DNA from: Thermoleophilia bacterium
Lineage (GTDB): Bacteria; Actinomycetota; Thermoleophilia; UBA2241
Assembly (NCBI GenBank): GCA_041648235.1
Contig: JBAZPK010000002.1
Location: forward strand, 1-45,004
DNA: 45,004 nucleotides
Direction of reading: 5' to 3'
Position 1 is the stretch's first letter. Each line of letters opens with the position of its first letter. The translations under genes were made by a program, and so were the position numbers. The notes under the pieces are model-generated. The model had not been told where the DNA came from, made no database searches, and worked only from the letters and a program-made list of their open reading frames with translations. Positions 33,948 to 40,552 of the stretch are shown piece after piece.

Positions 33948-36676
33948 AGTACGACGCCCTCGTGGTCGGCAGCGGCATCGGCGGGATGGAGTCGGCCCTC
34001 AAGCTCGGCGACATGGGCTACAAGGTGCTCGTCGTCGAGAAGGAGCCGAGCGTCGGCGGCAAGATGATCCTGCTCAGCAAGGTCTTCCCGACGCTCGACT
34101 GCGCCAGCTGCATCTCCACCCCCAAGATGGCCGCGACCATCCATCACCCCAACATCGACGTCCTCACCTACGCCCAGGTGGAGGGCATCCGCGGAGACGG
34201 TGACGGCTATCACGCCAAGATCCGCCAGAACCCGAAGTTCGTCGACGCCGCCGCCTGCACGGGCTGCCGCCAGTGTGAGATGGCCTGCAACGTCGCCGTC
34301 CCGGACGAGTACAACGCCGACATGGTGTCGCGGCGCGCAGCCTTCATCGCCTTCCCGCAGGCAGTGCCGAAGAAGGCGGTCATCAGCCGCGCCGGCGTCT
34401 CGCCGTGCACCTCTGAGTGCCCCGCGGGCATCAAGGCCCACGGCTACGTCGCTCGCGTGCGCAGCGGCGAGTACGATCAGGCCTTCGACCTGGTCCTGGA
34501 GACGACGCCGCTCGTCGGCAGCCTCGGGCGGGCGTGCTACGCGCCCTGCGAGGAGCAGTGCACGCGGGGCGAGCTCGAGGGACCGCTGCCGATCCGCCGC
34601 CTCAAGCGCTTCATCGCCGACCGGCGGTATGGCCAGGCGGAAGCCAAGGCCGTCGAGAAGCCCGAGCAGAATGGCATGACGGTCGCCGTCGTGGGCTCGG
34701 GGCCGGCCGGCCTCACGGCCGCCTGGCAGCTCGCCCGCAAAGGCTACGGTGTCAAGATCTTCGAGGCCGCGTCACAGGCGGGCGGCATGCTCCGCCTCGG
34801 CATCCCGGCGTACCGACTCCCGAACGACGTGATCGACGACGACGTTGCCAACGTGACGGCGATCGGCGTCGAGATCGAGACTGACTCGCGGGTGGAAGAC
34901 ATCGCGGGGCTCAAGGACGACGGCTTCGACGCCGTGCTCGTCGCGACCGGCACGCACAAGGCTGTGCAGCTGCGCGTGCCGGGCGAGGAGCTCGACGGCG
35001 TCCAGAGCGCCCTCACCTTCCTCGCCGACGTCAAGCTCGGCAAGCCTGTCGACCTCGCCGGAAAGCAGGTGCTCGTCGTGGGCGGCGGCAACGTCGCCAT
35101 CGACGCGGCGCGCACGGCGCGCCGCCTCGGCGCCGCGGCCGTCCACCAGGCCAGCCTCGAGTGCTGCGACGAGATGCCCGCCCACGACTTCGAGGTCGAG
35201 GAGGCCAAGGCCGAGGGCATCACGCTGCACGACGGCTGGGGCGTCGACCACTTCTCCGGGAACGGCCGAGTGCAGAGCGCGGAGCTCAAGGTCTGCTCCT
35301 GCGTCTTCAACCCCGAGGGCAGGTTCGCCCCCGAGTACGACGAGAGCAAGAAGCAGCGCGTCGACTGCGACGTCGTCATCGTCGCCGCCGGCATGGGCGC
35401 CGACACCGCCGCGTTCGGCCTCGAGACCAACGGCAACCGGACGCTCAAGGCCGACCCCGGCACCCTGCAGACGGCGGTGCCGCACGTCTTCGCCGCCGGT
35501 GACGTCGTCACCGGACCGACGATGATCACCACCGCCGTCGGCCAGGGCCGCCGCGCGGCCTTCATGATCGACCGCTACCTGCAGGGCGACGAGCTCGACT
35601 CGGCCGCCTTCGACGAGGCTCTGCCGGTCGTGGACCGAGCTGAGGTGCTCAAACGCCAGGACGTGTACGACCGGCGAGAGCCGCTCGAGCCCCACGCTGC
35701 CATGAACGCCTCGCCGACGGACTTCGCTGAGACCGAGGCGCCGATGACCGAGGAAGAAGCCTTCCTCGGCGCCGCCCGTTGCCTCGACTGCGGCATCTGC
35801 TCCGAGTGTCACGCCTGCGTCGACGCCTGCCCGGCGGACGCGATCAAGCTCGACATGCGCGGCGAGGACATCGAGGCGGACGTCGACGCGGTCGTGTTGG
35901 CCACAGGCTTCCGTCTGTTTCCCGCCGATGCCAAACCGGAATACGGCTACGGCCGCTACAAGAACGTCATCACCGGCATGCAGATGGACCGCCTGCTCGC
36001 CCCGACGCGGCCGTTCAACTCGGTCGTGCGGCCGGGCGACGGCAAGGTGCCGGACCGTATCGGCTACGTCATGTGCACCGGTTCCCGCGAGGCCCAGGTC
36101 GGCAACCCGCTCTGCTCGCGGATCTGCTGCATGTACTCCGTGAAGCACAACCAGCTGGTCATGGGTGCCCTGCCCCTCGCCGACGTGACCGTCCACTACA
36201 TGGACGTGCGCGCCGTGGGCAAGGGCTACGACGAGTTCTACCAGCAGGCCAAGGACATGGGCGCCATGTTCATCAAGGGTCGCGTCGCGAAGATCACCGA
36301 GAAGGACGACGGCGACCTCATCGTCCGCTACGAGGACATCGAGGGCGACGGCGGCATCGTCGAGGCCGAGTACGACATGGTCGTGCTCGCCGTCGGCGTG
36401 CAGCCCAACACCGAGGCGGCCGACCTGTTCGAGGCCGGCGCCCTCGGCCTCGACGAGTACTTCTACGTCGGCGAGGCCGACGAGGACCTCGACCCCGGCC
36501 GCACCAACCTGCCCGGGGTCTTCGTCGCCGGTTCGGCCTCGGGCGTCAAGGACATCCCCGACTCGATCCTTCACGCCGGCGCGGCCGTTGCTCAGGCCGC
36601 CGCGCACATCGAGAAGGCCCGGGCCGCGGACGCCGCCGGAGTACGGTCAGCCGCGAACGTGAAGGTGACAGCATGA
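33944..36676 (+). CDS. HdrA-family flavoprotein with a nested GltD/NfnB-like NAD(P)H:FAD/FeS module
   Basis: 910-aa ORF. Its ATG overlaps the upstream stop (ATGA). HdrA marks: N-terminal FAD fold VVGSGIGGMESALKLGDMGYKVLVVEKEPSVGGK, signature CTGSREAQVGNPLCSRICCMYS, and FeS motifs CTGCRQCEMAC and CSECHACVDACP. Residues ~150-548 look like the glutamate synthase small subunit/NfnB: GRACYAPCEEQC, VAVVGSGPAGL, GGMLRLGIPAYRLP, VLVVGGGNVAIDAAR, VFAAGDVVTGP. Confidence 0.8.
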   Translation: MKYDALVVGSGIGGMESALKLGDMGYKVLVVEKEPSVGGKMILLSKVFPTLDCASCISTPKMAATIHHPNIDVLTYAQVEGIRGDGDGYHAKIRQNPKFVDAAACTGCRQCEMACNVAVPDEYNADMVSRRAAFIAFPQAVPKKAVISRAGVSPCTSECPAGIKAHGYVARVRSGEYDQAFDLVLETTPLVGSLGRACYAPCEEQCTRGELEGPLPIRRLKRFIADRRYGQAEAKAVEKPEQNGMTVAVVGSGPAGLTAAWQLARKGYGVKIFEAASQAGGMLRLGIPAYRLPNDVIDDDVANVTAIGVEIETDSRVEDIAGLKDDGFDAVLVATGTHKAVQLRVPGEELDGVQSALTFLADVKLGKPVDLAGKQVLVVGGGNVAIDAARTARRLGAAAVHQASLECCDEMPAHDFEVEEAKAEGITLHDGWGVDHFSGNGRVQSAELKVCSCVFNPEGRFAPEYDESKKQRVDCDVVIVAAGMGADTAAFGLETNGNRTLKADPGTLQTAVPHVFAAGDVVTGPTMITTAVGQGRRAAFMIDRYLQGDELDSAAFDEALPVVDRAEVLKRQDVYDRREPLEPHAAMNASPTDFAETEAPMTEEEAFLGAARCLDCGICSECHACVDACPADAIKLDMRGEDIEADVDAVVLATGFRLFPADAKPEYGYGRYKNVITGMQMDRLLAPTRPFNSVVRPGDGKVPDRIGYVMCTGSREAQVGNPLCSRICCMYSVKHNQLVMGALPLADVTVHYMDVRAVGKGYDEFYQQAKDMGAMFIKGRVAKITEKDDGDLIVRYEDIEGDGGIVEAEYDMVVLAVGVQPNTEAADLFEAGALGLDEYFYVGEADEDLDPGRTNLPGVFVAGSASGVKDIPDSILHAGAAVAQAAAHIEKARAADAAGVRSAANVKVTA

Positions 36677-38412
36677 GCGCCCGCAAGATCGGCGTGTACG
36701 TCTGCCAGTGCGGCGGCAACATCGGCGACTACGTCGACGTCGACGAGGTCGTGGCCGCCGCCGAGAAGGAGCCGGGCGTGACCGTCGCCAAGACGGCGAT
36801 GTTCACCTGCTCCGACTCGACCCAGAGTGAGATCGTCGCCGACGCGCAGGAGCAGGGCCTCGACGGGCTCGTCATCGCCTCCTGCTCGCCCAAGCTCCAC
36901 ACCTACACCTTCCGCGACGTCGCCAGGCGCGCCGGCATGAACCCGTTCCAGTACACGCAGGTGAACGTCCGCGAGCAGTGCTCGTGGACGCACACCGACG
37001 ACCACGAGGGTGCGACCGAGAAGGCGGTGCGCCTCGTGCGCGCCGGTATCAACCGCACGCGCCTCACCGAGCCGCTCGAGCCGATCGTCGTCGAGACCAC
37101 GCCGAGGAGCCTCGTCGTCGGCGGCGGCATCGCCGGCCTGCGCGCGGCCCTCGGCCTCGCCGAGATCGGCCTCTCCGTCTTCCTTGTGGAGAAGGAGCCT
37201 CAGCTCGGCGGCTGGGTCGCCGGCTTCGGCGAGATGTACCCGCACGGGCGCAACGGCGCCGAGCTGATCGCCAAGCTGGAGGAGAAGGTGCGCGCGCACC
37301 CGGCGGTCACCGTCTTCACCAGCGCCGAGCTGGTCGCCAAGGGTGGCAGCTTCGGCAACTACGAGGTGACGGTCGCGATCCACGGCGAGCAGCTCGAGAC
37401 CATCCGCCTGGTCGTCGGCTCCATCGTCATCGCCACCGGCTTCGACACGTACCAGCCCGCCGCCGGCGAGCTCGGCTCTGGCCTGGACGGCGTCCTCACG
37501 ATCGCCGAGTTCAAGAAGCTGCTCGATGAGTCAGCCGGCCCCCTGCAGTACGGCGGCCGGCCCGTGAAGACCGTCGCCTACATCTACTGCGTCGGCAGCC
37601 GCCAGGGAGAGGGCGTCGAGGGCGGCAACACCTACTGCTCCCGCTACTGCTGCACCGCGGCCGTGCACGCCGCGACCCAGGTCGCCGACTTGCCTGCCAA
37701 AGTGCACCAATACCACTTCTACCGCGACATGCGGACCTACGGGAAGTACGAGCTTCTCTACGCCGAGGCGCTCGAGAGGGGCTCGGCGTTCGTCAAGTTC
37801 CCCGACGATGAGCCGCCGGCGGTGGAGAAGGACGCGAAGTCCGGCCGCCTCACGCTGACGGCGCGCGACCTGCTGTCCGAAGGCGAAGAGGTCGCGCTCA
37901 CCGCCGATCTCGTCGTTCTCGTCACCGGTATGGTCCCCCGCGAAAACGAGAGCCTGATCAGCGCGCTCAAGCTGCCCGTCGGGCAAAGCGGGTTCTTCAA
38001 CGAGATCCACCCCAAGCTCCGCCCGGTCGAAACGGTCGTGGACGGCGCCTACATCTGCGGCGCCTGTCAGGCGCCGCGGACCTCGTCCGAGGCGGTCGCC
38101 TCGGGGCTGGCGGCGGTGACCCAGAGCGCCGCCGTCCTCAAGCGCGGCTTCGCCGAGCTGGATCCGCTGGTGGCCACCGTCGACACCGACGCGTGCACCT
38201 GGTGCGGCGCCTGCGAGAACACCTGCCCGTACGCCGCGATCGCTCGCGAGCAGCTCGACGGCAAGGAAGTCGCCGTCATCTCCAGGACGGCCTGCAAGGG
38301 TTGCGGAGGCTGTGCCCCCGTGTGCCCCACGGACGCCATCGATCTGCAGGGCTACACCGACGCCCAGATCAAGGCCATGATCGACGGCATGATGGAGGTG
38401 GTGTGCCGATGA
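36673..38412 (+). CDS. HdrA-family flavoprotein (canonical architecture)
   Basis: In-frame ATG36673 within ORF 35779-38412, with an ATGA overlap to the upstream stop. 579 aa. N-terminal Cys-rich domain KIGVYVCQCGGNIGDYVD...ASCSPKLH. FAD fold LVVGGGIAGLRAALGLAEIGLSVFLVEKEPQLGG. Signature CVGSRQGEGVEGGNTYCSRYCCTAA. C-terminal 2x[4Fe-4S] motifs CTWCGACENTCP and CKGCGGCAPVCP. Confidence 0.85.
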   Translation: MSARKIGVYVCQCGGNIGDYVDVDEVVAAAEKEPGVTVAKTAMFTCSDSTQSEIVADAQEQGLDGLVIASCSPKLHTYTFRDVARRAGMNPFQYTQVNVREQCSWTHTDDHEGATEKAVRLVRAGINRTRLTEPLEPIVVETTPRSLVVGGGIAGLRAALGLAEIGLSVFLVEKEPQLGGWVAGFGEMYPHGRNGAELIAKLEEKVRAHPAVTVFTSAELVAKGGSFGNYEVTVAIHGEQLETIRLVVGSIVIATGFDTYQPAAGELGSGLDGVLTIAEFKKLLDESAGPLQYGGRPVKTVAYIYCVGSRQGEGVEGGNTYCSRYCCTAAVHAATQVADLPAKVHQYHFYRDMRTYGKYELLYAEALERGSAFVKFPDDEPPAVEKDAKSGRLTLTARDLLSEGEEVALTADLVVLVTGMVPRENESLISALKLPVGQSGFFNEIHPKLRPVETVVDGAYICGACQAPRTSSEAVASGLAAVTQSAAVLKRGFAELDPLVATVDTDACTWCGACENTCPYAAIAREQLDGKEVAVISRTACKGCGGCAPVCPTDAIDLQGYTDAQIKAMIDGMMEVVCR

Positions 38413-38681
38413 GCGCGACCGGCACTGAGCCAAGCCAGACGCCCATCCGGCACACGCGCGAGATCATCCGCGACGAGCAGTTCATGAGGGCCCGGATCCT
38501 CAAGGTGCTCGCCGCCGGGCCCCAGACCATCCCGGAGATCGCCGCCGCCGTCGGCAGGCCCAGCCACGAAGTCGTGTTCTGGGTGATGGGCCTGCGCAAG
38601 TACGGCTGGTTGGCCGAGATCAAGGAAGTCGACGACGAAGGGTACTTCCGCTATCAAACGGTTCCCAGAGAGGGGTCCTGA
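38409..38681 (+). CDS. Small (90-aa) winged-helix-turn-helix protein
   Basis: In-frame ATG38409 within ORF 38193-38681, with an ATGA overlap to the HdrA stop. The wHTH-like pattern is RARILKVLAAGPQTIPEIAAAVGRPSHEVVFWVMGLRKYGWLAEIKE..DEGYFRY. Confidence 0.6.
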   Translation: MSATGTEPSQTPIRHTREIIRDEQFMRARILKVLAAGPQTIPEIAAAVGRPSHEVVFWVMGLRKYGWLAEIKEVDDEGYFRYQTVPREGS

Positions 38682-38707
38682 GGGACCGCCGTGAGAGGAG
38701 ACAGCTC

Positions 38708-39190
38708 GTGGACACGACCAAGAAGACCATCATCCTGTTCAGCGGCGACTTCGACAAAGTCATGGCGGCCTTGATCATCGCCAACGGCGCCGCCGCCATG
38801 GGCGACGACGTCACCATCTTCTGCACCTTCTGGGGCCTCAACATCCTGCGCAAGACCGAGAAGGTCCAGACCGACGCCAAGAAGAGCACCCTGCAGTCGA
38901 TGTTCGGCAGGATGATGCCCAAGGGCACGAAGAAGCTCGGCCTCTCCAAGATGAACTTCGCCGGCGCCGGCAGCCCAATGATGAGGAAGGCCACCAAGGA
39001 CGCCGGCGGCATGTCGCTCGAGGAGCTCTTCGACAGCGCTCGGGAGCAGGGCGTGAAGTTCATCGCCTGCACGCTCTCCATGGACATCCTCGGCTTCAAG
39101 CAGGAAGAGCTCCTGGACGACATCGAGTACGCCGGCGTCGCCGCCTACCTTGGCGAAGCCGACGAAGCCAACGTCAACTTGTTCATCTAG
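38708..39190 (+). CDS. DsrE/DsrF-like (DrsE_2-type) protein
   Basis: 160-aa ORF. GTG start after GAGAGGAG. The family-like pattern is KTIILFSGDFDKVMAALIIANGAAAMGDDVTIFCTFWGLNILRK ... VKFIACTLSMDILG. Confidence 0.7.
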   Translation: MDTTKKTIILFSGDFDKVMAALIIANGAAAMGDDVTIFCTFWGLNILRKTEKVQTDAKKSTLQSMFGRMMPKGTKKLGLSKMNFAGAGSPMMRKATKDAGGMSLEELFDSAREQGVKFIACTLSMDILGFKQEELLDDIEYAGVAAYLGEADEANVNLFI

Positions 39191-39201
39191 GTCGGAGCAC
39201 G

Positions 39202-40338
39202 ATGGCTACAACAATCAATCCTGAGCTCGTCGACGAGCTCCGGGCATTCGGTGCCAAGGACGTCAGCAAGTGCTTCAATTGCGGCAACTGCTCGGCGGTG
39301 TGCGTGCAGGCGGACGGGGAGTACATACTCCCGCGTCGCCCCGTGCACGCCGTCCAGCTGGGGCTCGAGGACAAGCTCAAGGGCTCGCTCGAGCCCTGGC
39401 TCTGCTACTACTGCGGCGAGTGCTCGGAGCAGTGCCCGAAGGAGGCCGACCCCGCCGAGACGATGATGAGCATGCGCCGCTGGCTCACGTCCAAGTACGA
39501 CTTCAGCGGCATCGCAAGCCTCTTCTACCGCTCCTGGCGCTGGGAGGTGCTCGCCATCGTGCTGGCCGCCATCCTCACCGGTGTCGGTTTCATGCTGTTC
39601 GGGATGTCCCAGGGCAGCATCAGCGACTACGACGGCCCGAACGCCTTCTTGCCGAGCGCCAAGATCCATGCATTCGACTGGTCGATGGCGACGGTGCTTG
39701 TCGTCCTCCTGGGCATCAACGTCTCTCGCATGTGGCGCTTCGTCATGGGCGGCGACCGCGACCGCGCGCCGCTCAGCTCCTACGTCGCCGGCCTGTACAC
39801 GCTGCCGTACCACTTCTTCACGCAGATGAAGTTCCGGCGCTGCGAGCGCAGACGGCCGTGGGCCGTGCACCTGGCCCTCATGCTGAGCTACGTGACCATG
39901 CTCGTGCTCATCATGTTCTTCCTCCGCGAGATGGCGAGCGGCCCGTCCATCGACTGGCGGGTCCACCTGTTCGGGTACCTGGCGTCGGCGGGGCTCATCG
40001 TAGCCGTGGTCATCAATCTTCGTGGCCGCCTCAAGAAGGACTCGCCGCAGCACGCCCACTCGCACGAGTCTGACTGGATGTTCCTCATCCTGCTCCTGGT
40101 CGTCGCCACGACGGGCGTGCTGCAGCACATCCTCCACCGCTTCGGCCTCGACGCGGCCGCCAACGTGCTGTACGTCGTGCATCTCATGGGCGTCGTGCCG
40201 ATGCTCGTGCTCGAGGTGCCGTTCGGCAAGTGGTCGCACCTCGCCTACCGGCCCCTGGCCGCCTACTTCGTCCAGGTGCGCGTGCACGCCGAAGCGACGG
40301 CGACGAATCCGGAGGAGGCCCGCCCCGAGGCGGCGTGA
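39202..40338 (+). CDS. QmoC-like membrane protein: HdrC-like 2x[4Fe-4S] domain fused to a NarI/HdrE-like six-helix cytochrome b domain
   Basis: 378-aa ORF. N-terminal motifs CFNCGNCSAVC and CYYCGECSEQCP. Six hydrophobic helices follow, with conserved-looking His residues (AVHLAL, RVHLFGY, LQHILH, VVHLMG). The terminal motif PFGKWSHLAYRP is typical of the NarI/HdrE/DsrM family. Confidence 0.75.
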   Translation: MATTINPELVDELRAFGAKDVSKCFNCGNCSAVCVQADGEYILPRRPVHAVQLGLEDKLKGSLEPWLCYYCGECSEQCPKEADPAETMMSMRRWLTSKYDFSGIASLFYRSWRWEVLAIVLAAILTGVGFMLFGMSQGSISDYDGPNAFLPSAKIHAFDWSMATVLVVLLGINVSRMWRFVMGGDRDRAPLSSYVAGLYTLPYHFFTQMKFRRCERRRPWAVHLALMLSYVTMLVLIMFFLREMASGPSIDWRVHLFGYLASAGLIVAVVINLRGRLKKDSPQHAHSHESDWMFLILLLVVATTGVLQHILHRFGLDAAANVLYVVHLMGVVPMLVLEVPFGKWSHLAYRPLAAYFVQVRVHAEATATNPEEARPEAA

Positions 40339-40430
40339 GGCGGACCAGGGCGGGGCGGAGCTGAGCCGGCTGAGCCGCCCGGCGGTCGGCCTCGAGGCGG
40401 CCTGCCAGCCCTGACCGCGGCGGAACCGGC

Positions 40431-40459
40431 GCGCGACCCGCGCCTGGCGCGGGTCGCGC
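40431..40459 (+). terminator. Perfect 13-bp hairpin downstream of the QmoC-like gene (terminator candidate)
   Basis: gcgcgacccgcgc (40431-40443), loop ctg, gcgcgggtcgcgc (40447-40459). Reverse complement checked by hand. There is no T-tract. Confidence 0.5.
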
Positions 40460-40552
40460 AGGCCCGGGGGGCTGCCCTCCGGCGGGGCAACGGTCGTGCG
40501 CGCCCCGCCGCAGGGCGGCCTCGTCAGGCCGATGCGGTAAGCTGCCCTCAGC

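Noticed and set aside
34772-36607. 611-aa ORF on the minus strand
   Set aside because: It lies antisense to the HdrA-GltD gene. The + strand frame carries all the cofactor motifs.
35779-36672. 5' 298 codons of ORF 35779-38412, which would make an 877-aa protein
   Set aside because: This part overlaps the HdrA-GltD gene out of frame and is Arg/Gly/Pro-rich nonsense. The recognisable HdrA sequence begins at ATG36673, which overlaps the upstream stop.
33944-38412. Selenocysteine recoding in the HdrA genes, since some HdrA proteins contain Sec
   Set aside because: Both HdrA reading frames are uninterrupted by in-frame TGA, so no recoding needs to be invoked.
32960-40552. Interpretation of the Hdr/Qmo-like block as a mobile genomic island
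   Set aside because: There is no integrase, transposase, tRNA attachment site or flanking direct repeat. Codon bias looks the same as in the flanks. It is an insertion relative to the conserved gene order, but there is no evidence of mobility.
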